From a virus, in the IMG/VR virus record IMGVR_UViG_3300045988_093617, positions 1-38,374 of that record: a DNA stretch of 38,374 bases; one strand, written 5' to 3'. Below, one piece after another: positions 25,932 to 33,234 of the stretch. Within the stretch, counting starts at the first letter, position 1. Each line of letters begins with the position of its first letter. A program made the position numbers and the translations under genes. The notes below the pieces were generated by a model. That model did not search any database. It was given only the letters and a program-made list of their open reading frames with translations, and was not told the origin of the DNA.

Positions 25932-26485
25932 TTTAAATCTCCTTCTTTGATAAATACTCCGTTTATAGTTTTTCCTTTTCTATCTTTGATTTTTTCGTAA
26001 GCTCTATATAAGCACTCAATAGGCTCTAAATTTAATTGGTCGCATAAAATAATTAATGTAACGAATATGTCGCCCATTTCAAGCCTCGTATTGTCTTGTG
26101 CTTCTATTAGCCTTTCATAATCACAGTGGACATTTTCTGACGACTGACCTATTCTATCGAAGTGGTCCATCTCCGTCTTAAACTCAAAGACTTCTTCAAT
26201 AAATTTCATAAATTGTTTTTTCGCATTTTCTATGTGGAGTAAGTCTTTATCTTTTGCCCATTCAAGGACCTTTTCTCTCAGTATCTCGAAGACATGGTCC
26301 TCATTAAATCTACCAACATTTAAATTATCAAGAACCAAATCAACATTATCTTCATAATCTTCTAAAGTCCTTATATTTAAATCAAATTCGTCAGCATCGT
26401 CATTCTCATTTTCATAAGTTACACACCTAACCTTTGCATCTGGGTCACAATAAATCAGTTTCATTATTAAGTCTTTTACTTTCAT
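25928..26485 (-). CDS. MazG-like nucleotide pyrophosphohydrolase domain protein, 185 aa
   Basis: EEVFEFKTE ... LEMGDIFVTLIIL fits the EXXE...EXXD arrangement. Confidence 0.5.
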   Translation of the reverse strand: MKVKDLIMKLIYCDPDAKVRCVTYENENDDADEFDLNIRTLEDYEDNVDLVLDNLNVGRFNEDHVFEILREKVLEWAKDKDLLHIENAKKQFMKFIEEVFEFKTEMDHFDRIGQSSENVHCDYERLIEAQDNTRLEMGDIFVTLIILCDQLNLEPIECLYRAYEKIKDRKGKTINGVFIKEGDLK

Positions 26486-26495
26486 TTCTCACCTC

Positions 26496-26894
26496 TTAAA
26501 ATGGAATATCTTCATTATTCACAGGATAGAAGTCTGCACTTTCTGCGGGCTTGCTATTCTTAGAACCTATAAAAGTGATGCTTCCTATTAAAACATCAGT
26601 AGTATATACCTTTGTTCCGTCCTCTTTTTCATAACTTCCTGTTTGAATTCTTCCCTCAACTCCAATTTGGCTTCCCTTAAAATGATAATTTGATATGACT
26701 TCTGCTGTACTTCCAAAAGCTACACAGGATATAAAATCCGCTGTCGGTTGGTTGTTTCTTTGAGCTTCTTCTTTCTTTTCCTTACTTAGCTTTCTATCAA
26801 CTGCAACTGTAAATCTTAAAACTGCTGTTCCTGACTGACTGTATCTTAATTCAGGATCTCTTACTAATCTTCCAATTAAATTTACTGAGTTCAT
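26496..26894 (-). CDS. ssb: Single-stranded DNA-binding protein, 132 aa
   Basis: MNSVNLIGRLVRDPELRY... OB-fold start and C-terminal acidic tip DIPF. Confidence 0.9.
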   Translation of the reverse strand: MNSVNLIGRLVRDPELRYSQSGTAVLRFTVAVDRKLSKEKKEEAQRNNQPTADFISCVAFGSTAEVISNYHFKGSQIGVEGRIQTGSYEKEDGTKVYTTDVLIGSITFIGSKNSKPAESADFYPVNNEDIPF

Positions 26895-27211
26895 TCTTTC
26901 ACCTCTTCAAATAATTTTTCAAATTCTTCAATGTTATCTTCGTCATAAATTTCATGACCTATATAAAAACTCCATCCATAATCTTTTATAAGTCGCAAGC
27001 ATATCTCTTTTTCTGACAATTCCTCACAGTTATCCAAACTCTTAGCTCTAATTGCTCTTATGCTTGTAAAGTTATCTACCTCAAGGTCGCATTGATACAA
27101 ATAAGGACTATCATAATTAGCTTGTATTTTTGCCTTACCTCTCGATTCAGCCCATACAAGGCTACTATAATTTTCTGGACTCTCATCTGAACTTAATATC
27201 CACGCTCTCAT
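26891..27211 (-). CDS. Hypothetical early protein, 106 aa (start at Met10 of track ORF)
   Basis: ATG 27211 forms an ATGA overlap with the upstream stop. Confidence 0.5.
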   Translation of the reverse strand: MRAWILSSDESPENYSSLVWAESRGKAKIQANYDSPYLYQCDLEVDNFTSIRAIRAKSLDNCEELSEKEICLRLIKDYGWSFYIGHEIYDEDNIEEFEKLFEEVKE

Positions 27212-27510
27212 TGCTCCCACTCCAATCTTTGACCACATTCATGACAATATTTTTGAACTTGATTGCTATCTAATCTGCACCCACATTTTGGACATTCACT
27301 GATATAAAAAGTTGCACCACAATGGTCGATTGTATATTCTTTTACTTTAGAATTTTTATCCGTTTCAATTTCTTCAATATTTATCTCACCGACAAACACA
27401 TCACCTAAGCGATATATGGGGGATAATATTTTCCCAACCATTCCTTTAACGCCCACTTTAGACCAATCGTCATCTGCTTCAAAATTAAAAGATATTTTAA
27501 ACTCTTTCAT
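27208..27510 (-). CDS. Hypothetical Zn-ribbon protein, 100 aa
   Basis: CPKCGCRL...CHECGQRL. Confidence 0.55.
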   Translation of the reverse strand: MKEFKISFNFEADDDWSKVGVKGMVGKILSPIYRLGDVFVGEINIEEIETDKNSKVKEYTIDHCGATFYISECPKCGCRLDSNQVQKYCHECGQRLEWEQ

Positions 27511-27665
27511 TTTTCCACCTCAATTATTTCTCTATCATCTGATTTAACGTCTATAAATCTTGGTAAATAACCGTAAATTTTATCTATCGCATCATCTTCG
27601 TTTAATGCTCTAACTTCCATTTTGATTTTGTAACTTCCACTTTCTTCAATTAAAAATTTTTTCAT
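27507..27665 (-). CDS. Hypothetical small early protein, 52 aa (not in ORF track)
   Basis: My translation is MKKFLIEESGSYKIKMEVRALNEDDAIDKIYGYLPRFIDVKSDDREIIEVEK. RBS GAGGTGGAGGA. ATGA overlaps at both ends. Confidence 0.45.
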   Translation of the reverse strand: MKKFLIEESGSYKIKMEVRALNEDDAIDKIYGYLPRFIDVKSDDREIIEVEK

Positions 27666-27826
27666 TCCTCCACCTCGACTATTCCTCTGTATTCATATGT
27701 TGTTAAATATCTTGTATTAGTTTTGTTTTGTTCTTTAAGAAATTTTTCCGCTTTTTCTTTACTGTCAAAATAAAATTTATTATCAGGATATGTGTCAAAA
27801 TATTTAATAACTAAATGTCTTTTCAT
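27662..27826 (-). CDS. Hypothetical small early protein, 54 aa (not in ORF track)
   Basis: My translation is MKRHLVIKYFDTYPDNKFYFDSKEKAEKFLKEQNKTNTRYLTTYEYRGIVEVEE. ATGA overlaps at both ends. Confidence 0.45.
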   Translation of the reverse strand: MKRHLVIKYFDTYPDNKFYFDSKEKAEKFLKEQNKTNTRYLTTYEYRGIVEVEE

Positions 27827-28164
27827 TCCTCGTCTTCCTCATCTAACATATCTATTTGATTACTTTTCACTTTTTCCAAAACAACGACACCATCATCAAG
27901 TTTAAATTCCATGCCCTGGTATGCATCGCCACCGTCTAAGCTTGATTTCTTTTGTAGATTAGTTCCTATCTTGTAATTAAAAGCTGGCATTTTATAAGCT
28001 TTTTCGTCTTTTTGCTCATACACAGTGCCGATTTTTAATTTGAGAGTTATATCGCCTTGTTCAAATTCTCCAGCTGCTATTTTCTTTGCAACATGGACAA
28101 TTGATGCATTTAAACTCATCTGCATATCTTCAAATTTTTCATCCTGTAAATTAAATATTCTCAT
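27823..28164 (-). CDS. Hypothetical early protein with acidic C-terminal tail, 113 aa (start at Met14 of track ORF)
   Basis: Strong RBS GGAGGAAACA before ATG 28164. C-terminus DMLDEEDEE. Confidence 0.5.
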   Translation of the reverse strand: MRIFNLQDEKFEDMQMSLNASIVHVAKKIAAGEFEQGDITLKLKIGTVYEQKDEKAYKMPAFNYKIGTNLQKKSSLDGGDAYQGMEFKLDDGVVVLEKVKSNQIDMLDEEDEE

Positions 28165-28378
28165 TGTTTCCTCCAAATATTTCTGGATAAAATCTATCTC
28201 CATATTTTAAAATTCTTTCAATATCTTCTTCTTCATCATGTCCGTATCCTGTGCCTATATAAAATTTAATTTCGCTCTCTGTCTTGACTTTAACTATTCC
28301 AATTACAGGAATTTCAGCGGTGAAAGGTGTGTACCACCAAGCGTTTAAAACTTCACTCAATTTTAAGCTCCTTGTCAT
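28151..28378 (-). CDS. Hypothetical early protein, 75 aa
   Basis: ORF track. Overlaps both neighbours. Confidence 0.45.
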   Translation of the reverse strand: MTRSLKLSEVLNAWWYTPFTAEIPVIGIVKVKTESEIKFYIGTGYGHDEEEDIERILKYGDRFYPEIFGGNNENI

Positions 28379-30149
28379 TACTAACTATTAACCTTACTAA
28401 CTGTGTATCTGTCTTAATTAGCTCATTTACGCTTTCTGCGTTGTCTATAAATATCGGTACTTTTAAATTTAGTTTGTCTGATAGAGTATTAATCACATCA
28501 AGACCTGCGTTTATTTTTGCCGCATTATTTAAGTCGCTGTAAGGCACACCATCAAGTGTAACTTCGCAAGTTTCAGTAATTCCGCCGTTTATTTGATTTT
28601 CAAAAAGCTTAAATTTAACTAAATTAAAACTGTCATTTATCTTATCGCTTACAAGTTCTACATAAGTTTTTGTATATTCTTCACATAAATAGATGATTCT
28701 TTGTTGCTCTTCATAAGCCTTGGCAAGGTCTTTTTCTTGGCTTTCAAGTTCTTTAATTCTTTCGTCAATCTTATCGTCTTGACCTTTAAGTGAAAGCTCT
28801 CTATTGACTTCATCTAACTCTTTATTAAGCTCGTCTTTTTTCTTCAAAAGTTCTGTCTTGTCAGTTAATGAAAAGCTATTTAATCTTTCTTTGGTTTCTG
28901 CTATTTCCTGGTCAATTTCTTTAAGTCTTTCAGGCTCAGTTGGCAGGTCTTCTGTCTTATATTCCTTGACCACATAGATTACTATTTCGCATTCTTCAAT
29001 TTTTATCTTTAAATCTTTCGCTCTTTCTTCAATGCTTGCTAACTTCTCAGACTTTTTCTTATTAAAGTTGGCCATAGTTTTTTCAATTTGGTCAGGCAAT
29101 AAATCCTGGCCACATGTCGGACATTTAAAATTTCCTTGATATTGGCTTTGATGAACTTCTTGCCATTCTTTCCTAAGCTTTTCGATTGATTCTTTAAAGA
29201 CTTCTAATTTCTTTTTAGCTTCTTCTGCTTCTGCTTTTTCTCTTAATTCTGTCGCTTTAATTTCGTTATTTTTGTTTTTAACTTTTAAAAGGTCTTCCTG
29301 GAATTTTTCTGTTAGATCTGTTTTCTCTTTTTGTAGTGCAGTAATTTTCTCGGCGACTTCAGTCATTCCCTCAGCTGATTTTGAAACATCAGCAAGTTTC
29401 GTGTCTATTTCTTTAATTGCTGGCAGGATTCCTCTTTTTCTGAAATCTAAAGCACCAAAATCTATATCTTTAACCTTAGATTTGTTTAGTTCGTCAATTC
29501 TTGCTGGTATAGACTCAATGTCCTTATTAATTTTTTTGGCACTATCCTTAGCGATTTTCTTTAATTCATCTACTGTGTAAGTTTCAAGGTTCAATTCTTC
29601 TAAGTTCTTGTTCTTTGCAATTATGTCTTCAGGCTTTACTTCGTCTATTAGTCCTAAGATGACTTCACGTCTTTTGTTCTTGTCCAAGATTTGATTAAAG
29701 TACAAAGGATTTGAAAGTAGATTAAAGTTCTCTTCGTCAATGACTGTAGCCAGTCTATCTGTGTACTCTTTCTTCTTAATCGGCACTGAGTTGATGTAGT
29801 AGTCGGTAGTGTGACCTGTGAATTCTGCTTGTGTAGATCCTCTCTTCTTAGTCCAGATTTCTTTGTAGATTTTCTTCAAGGTGATTTCTTCATCATCAAA
29901 TTCCAGAGTACCCTCAACCATAGATTCTAAGTTGTGGATCTCTTGTCCGTTTTTGTCAAAAGGCTTGATTGAGAAGTCCTTGCGATTTAAACTGTCCTTA
30001 TCCCAAAGTAACCAGGAATAAGCGTCAAAGATTGTTGTCTTACCTACTGCATTATCGCCACTTATGTTAGTTGTGTCCTTAAATTCTATGGTTAAGTCCT
30101 TAATGCCCTTAAAATTTTGTAGTTTTAAATTTTTAATTTTTATTCGCAT
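28353..30149 (-). CDS. Rad50/SbcC/T4 gp46-like ABC ATPase with coiled coil and CxxC zinc hook, 598 aa
   Basis: N-terminal Walker A GDNAVGKTT, a long charged coiled coil with a central FKCPTCGQDL, and a C-terminal Walker B-like VPIFIDNAES. Confidence 0.7.
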   Translation of the reverse strand: MRIKIKNLKLQNFKGIKDLTIEFKDTTNISGDNAVGKTTIFDAYSWLLWDKDSLNRKDFSIKPFDKNGQEIHNLESMVEGTLEFDDEEITLKKIYKEIWTKKRGSTQAEFTGHTTDYYINSVPIKKKEYTDRLATVIDEENFNLLSNPLYFNQILDKNKRREVILGLIDEVKPEDIIAKNKNLEELNLETYTVDELKKIAKDSAKKINKDIESIPARIDELNKSKVKDIDFGALDFRKRGILPAIKEIDTKLADVSKSAEGMTEVAEKITALQKEKTDLTEKFQEDLLKVKNKNNEIKATELREKAEAEEAKKKLEVFKESIEKLRKEWQEVHQSQYQGNFKCPTCGQDLLPDQIEKTMANFNKKKSEKLASIEERAKDLKIKIEECEIVIYVVKEYKTEDLPTEPERLKEIDQEIAETKERLNSFSLTDKTELLKKKDELNKELDEVNRELSLKGQDDKIDERIKELESQEKDLAKAYEEQQRIIYLCEEYTKTYVELVSDKINDSFNLVKFKLFENQINGGITETCEVTLDGVPYSDLNNAAKINAGLDVINTLSDKLNLKVPIFIDNAESVNELIKTDTQLVRLIVSNDKELKIE

Positions 30150-30415
30150 GATAAACCTCCGTCAAATACATCTTTAAAGGCTTCTATATCTCTTAACATG
30201 ATTTCTGTGAGATAGTCGACAAATAAGTCTTTAGCATTTTCTCCGCTATAATAGCTTTTAGATATGATAGTTTTTAAAGAACTTTCTTTAATGCTTACAT
30301 TTAAAGTCATTCTTAAATCATCTTCAATTTTTCTTTTTTCTTCATAGCTTTGAGCGTCTTCGTATCTCTCAAAAAGTGTTCCATCTGACACTTTAAAACA
30401 TTCAATTTTTTTCAT
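30140..30415 (-). CDS. Hypothetical protein, 91 aa
   Basis: ORF track. SD GGAG lies 9 nt upstream. Overlaps both neighbours. Confidence 0.5.
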   Translation of the reverse strand: MKKIECFKVSDGTLFERYEDAQSYEEKRKIEDDLRMTLNVSIKESSLKTIISKSYYSGENAKDLFVDYLTEIMLRDIEAFKDVFDGGLSCE

Positions 30416-30944
30416 TTTTTATTACTCCTTCAATAATTTCATCTAAAATGCCATTTCTACATTTTTCTAAATCTTCTATTTGTTTTTTAATGATTTTCTC
30501 TTGTTCCTGTAATTCGTATCTATAACTTTTCAACACATATACTACTTTTCTTTGTCTTTCTAAATCTGGCACTTTAATCTCTAAATTTAAAAAGGCTTTT
30601 TCATTCAATTCTGTAATCAAAGCTGGTATTTTAAGTTGCTTAATCAAATATTCCTCATTTTTAAGCCACTCATAAAGATAGTCTTCTAAAATCGCTCGAT
30701 TTTTAACCTCAACTATAAAACTTGCTTCAGTTACGAAGTGTTTAAACTCTCTCTTATAGACTTTGCCAACTGTGCCTTTTCTCGTGATGGTTATTCTGCC
30801 GTCATTGTTCCAGGTTTCAGAGTAGCCTGTTTCTTTTTCGCCAGCTCCAAAAATCGGATATTTTTCATTTTCTTTTGATTCAGTTCTTTTGCCTTTTTTT
30901 AAAATAATTAAATCTCTGAGTTTAAAAGATTGAAATTTGTTCAT
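30402..30944 (-). CDS. Half-size Type I-like specificity (HsdS-like) subunit, 180 aa (start at Met6 of track ORF)
   Basis: SD GGAGGTG precedes ATG 30944. It has one TRD-like region (YPIFGAGEKETGYSE...ITRKGTVGKVY) plus one conserved helical region (VPDLERQRKVVYVLKSYRYELQEQEKIIKKQIEDLEK). Confidence 0.65.
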   Translation of the reverse strand: MNKFQSFKLRDLIILKKGKRTESKENEKYPIFGAGEKETGYSETWNNDGRITITRKGTVGKVYKREFKHFVTEASFIVEVKNRAILEDYLYEWLKNEEYLIKQLKIPALITELNEKAFLNLEIKVPDLERQRKVVYVLKSYRYELQEQEKIIKKQIEDLEKCRNGILDEIIEGVIKNEKN

Positions 30945-31785
30945 TTTCTTCACCTCCACAGGTTAAAGGCTTGGCTTCTTCTTCAATGAATTTATCTAAA
31001 GCTCGCATAGATTTTAATATCTTAATGTTATTGATTTTAATTTCAGCTTCTAGCTTCTTGATGTCGATTTCTTCCTTTTCCTCGACTTCTCTCGCTACTT
31101 CCCAGTGTTCAAAATCAATTTCAAAAGTTTCTTTAACTTTCACGGTTTGAGTTCTACAATCATAAATTTCGCTCGTATAGGTGTTTTCTGCTTTTTCTTT
31201 GTCAATAACTATAAAAACAACTGGAATAGTTGTATCTTCAAAGCCGTTTTCAATAAAATTCAATTCTAAAAGTCTATTTCCAACAAGTTCTCTCATCTTC
31301 TTCTCTGTCTTTCTATAGGCTATTCCAGGAAACAAGATATAAAATCCGTATCTTTTCGTGAAATTCAAACTTTTTAATAAAAATATATCGTCTAAAACTC
31401 CTGACTTTTTCCAAGAGAATTCAGATTGTATCGCTTCAATCTCTTCTTTTGTCTGATCTTTAAATTTCAGACTAAAAGGCGGATTAATTAAACTCGCATC
31501 ATATTCTTTGTACTCGTCAAATAGAAAGAAACTCATTACGTGAACTTCTGCATTTGGAAAGTTTTCAAGGAGCGTATCTGCTGCTTGTTTTTGAATTTCA
31601 ACGGCTATTATCTTTTCTGCGTTGATAAACTGTTCAAGTTGGCCACTTCCTGCCGCTCCGTCAAAAATCGTCTTTAAATCTGGTACGTATTTTTTAACTT
31701 TTTCAGATGCATATTTTCTCAAAGCTTGACCTGTGATATATTCAGCGTGTTGATCGGCTATCTGCCTATTATTAAATTCTTTCAT
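30922..31785 (-). CDS. N6-adenine DNA methyltransferase, short HsdM-like (gamma class), 287 aa
   Basis: Motif I FDGAAGSGQL is followed by motif IV NPPF. Confidence 0.7.
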   Translation of the reverse strand: MKEFNNRQIADQHAEYITGQALRKYASEKVKKYVPDLKTIFDGAAGSGQLEQFINAEKIIAVEIQKQAADTLLENFPNAEVHVMSFFLFDEYKEYDASLINPPFSLKFKDQTKEEIEAIQSEFSWKKSGVLDDIFLLKSLNFTKRYGFYILFPGIAYRKTEKKMRELVGNRLLELNFIENGFEDTTIPVVFIVIDKEKAENTYTSEIYDCRTQTVKVKETFEIDFEHWEVAREVEEKEEIDIKKLEAEIKINNIKILKSMRALDKFIEEEAKPLTCGGEENEQISIF

Positions 31786-31813
31786 TTCTTCTCTCTTATG
31801 CTATAATTAAACA

Positions 31814-31866
31814 AAAGTTATTTTTTTAAGTCCTTATCTTGCTTGGCGGCTGTGAGGACTTTTTTT
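31814..31866 (+). ncRNA. Candidate plus-strand small antisense RNA (speculative)
   Basis: Extended -10 TGcTATAAT at 31799-31807. The hairpin AAGTCCTTAT (31828-37) / GTGAGGACTT (31852-61) has two G-U pairs that exist only in plus-sense RNA, and is followed by TTTTT. Confidence 0.2.
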
Positions 31867-31883
31867 CTTGCTCTTTTTCATTC

Positions 31884-32102
31884 TTACTTCCTCTTTAAAT
31901 ACTTGTTTTTTACATATTTTGTGAATTTCCCATAATCTTTGAGGAAAACATCATCAACTCCACACTCTTTGCGATAAGCTTCCCTTTCATCTTCCAGGAA
32001 ATTCCTATAGTCTTGTATTTCATAATCTTCTCCATCGGCGATATTGTTTTTCTCTAAATATGCTCTTAAAATTCCTGTTGCAGTTCTTCTATTTGCTTTC
32101 AC
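31884..32102 (-). CDS. Hypothetical early protein, 72 aa (GTG start)
   Basis: ORF track. RBS GGTGGT lies 6 nt before the GTG, with a GTGA overlap with the upstream small ORF. Confidence 0.45.
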   Translation of the reverse strand: MKANRRTATGILRAYLEKNNIADGEDYEIQDYRNFLEDEREAYRKECGVDDVFLKDYGKFTKYVKNKYLKRK

Positions 32103-32257
32103 TTTTTTACCACCTGGCTAAACTTATATTTAAGCGTTTTTCCGTCTTTATAGGTTATTTTGCAATCCTCTTGCCTATCTCTGTGCATTGCTCTGTGTCT
32201 TGCAATACCAAGAGAATTAAATTCTTTGTCGCAAGTATGACAATAACAATCTTTCAT
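32099..32257 (-). CDS. Small C2H2-type zinc-finger-like protein, 52 aa (not in ORF track)
   Basis: My translation is MKDCYCHTCDKEFNSLGIARHRAMHRDRQEDCKITYKDGKTLKYKFSQVVKK. RBS GAGGTG lies 7 nt upstream. Confidence 0.5.
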   Translation of the reverse strand: MKDCYCHTCDKEFNSLGIARHRAMHRDRQEDCKITYKDGKTLKYKFSQVVKK

Positions 32258-32311
32258 TCTCATCACCTCACTAAAAACTTAAAAAAAACCGTCTATAATT
32301 TCTGTGCCTTT

Positions 32312-32524
32312 TTAATATCTTTTTTCTTCAGGAATTTTTGCAACTTTCGAGTTGCATTCACAACAATAGTAGTACACACTTTTAAGCCTATAATTTGCTT
32401 CGTCATAAGCTCCCGCATTATCAAAAGTTAATTCGCCACTAGAATTGACAATTAATTCCGCAACTCCCGAAAACTTCTCTTTAATGAAAAAATTTTCTTC
32501 ATTCCCACATTTTTTACATTTCAT
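32312..32524 (-). CDS. Hypothetical Zn-ribbon protein, 70 aa
   Basis: CKKCG ... CCECN. Confidence 0.5.
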   Translation of the reverse strand: MKCKKCGNEENFFIKEKFSGVAELIVNSSGELTFDNAGAYDEANYRLKSVYYYCCECNSKVAKIPEEKRY

Positions 32525-32704
32525 CTTCTAACTCCTATTCCTATTTTTTCTTCATCTTTTACTCAACTCCATAATTTCAATCTCCTACAAGTGCAAACAT
32601 TAAAATTAAAAGCACTGTAACAACTATGGCTTTTAACCCTACCCAAATTCCTTTATTAAAATCGATATAACTGCCATTTTTAAAAACTAATTTCATATTT
32701 CACC

Positions 32705-32893
32705 TCATTCAACGATTTCAACTCTATCAAGTGCGAATTCTAATAATTCGCAAGCTACTGTTGAATATTCTTTGTTTATTTCGTTCGCTATGGCTTTAAT
32801 TCTGTCTGCTATTTCTGGGTTAATCCTTATATAGGCCGTAGCTGGTGCGTAGCTCTTTTGCACTTTTAATATTAATTTTTCATTGTTTTCCAT
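32705..32893 (-). CDS. Ribbon-helix-helix (Arc/CopG-like) small DNA-binding protein candidate, 62 aa
   Basis: The pattern TAYIRINPEIADRIKAIANEINKEYSTVACELLEFAL fits strand-helix-helix. It is preceded by the shared leader motif (32908-32926). Confidence 0.4.
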   Translation of the reverse strand: MENNEKLILKVQKSYAPATAYIRINPEIADRIKAIANEINKEYSTVACELLEFALDRVEIVE

Positions 32894-32934
32894 TTTTGCC
32901 CCTCCTATTTTTTAATTTCTATCTTTGCAGTCTC

Positions 32935-33234
32935 TCATCTGATAACCACCGCAGTTTCAACCCTAATCTTCTTGAGTATGGCCTCTAAGGCTCCTACACG
33001 GTCTCTAAGGCCTTGATTTTCTTTTTCAAGTCTTCGTCTCTCGAATGGAGATAGAGGGTCTGTATCCATGCCCAGTGCTTCAAGCTGTTCGATATAACTT
33101 AGTAGAAACTTTTGACCAGGTGCGTCAGGTATTATTTTTAGTTTTCTTGAATTAACCTTTGTCCTAATCGCATTCTCTGAGCATTGCCATCTTTCAGAAA
33201 GTTCAGCGACTGTTAAAACTGTTGTGTTTTCCAT
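32935..33234 (-). CDS. Helix-turn-helix DNA-binding protein (excisionase/MerR-like candidate), 99 aa
   Basis: N-terminal LTVAELSERWQCSENAIRTKVNSRKLK HTH, then a coiled coil. Confidence 0.45.
   Translation of the reverse strand: MENTTVLTVAELSERWQCSENAIRTKVNSRKLKIIPDAPGQKFLLSYIEQLEALGMDTDPLSPFERRRLEKENQGLRDRVGALEAILKKIRVETAVVIR

Noticed and set aside
32552-32696. Two alternative tiny minus-strand ORFs. One is 39 aa from ATG 32696 with a good RBS (MKLVFKNGSYIDFNKGIWVRVKSHSCYSAFNFNVCTCRS). The other is a 41-aa hydrophobic peptide from ATG 32677 without an RBS (MAVISILIKEFGLGLKAIVVTVLLILMFALVGVEIMELSKR).
   Set aside because: I cannot decide between the frames by eye. One has the translation signal and the other has the protein-like (TM) sequence, so neither is listed as a feature. 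Ribo-seq or conservation analysis would decide.
32981-33016. Direct repeat CTCTAAGGC(C/T) (twice, 20 bp start to start) inside the HTH/excisionase-like gene.
   Set aside because: It is short and lies within coding sequence (encoding part of the coiled-coil LRDRVGALEA). There is no independent evidence of function.
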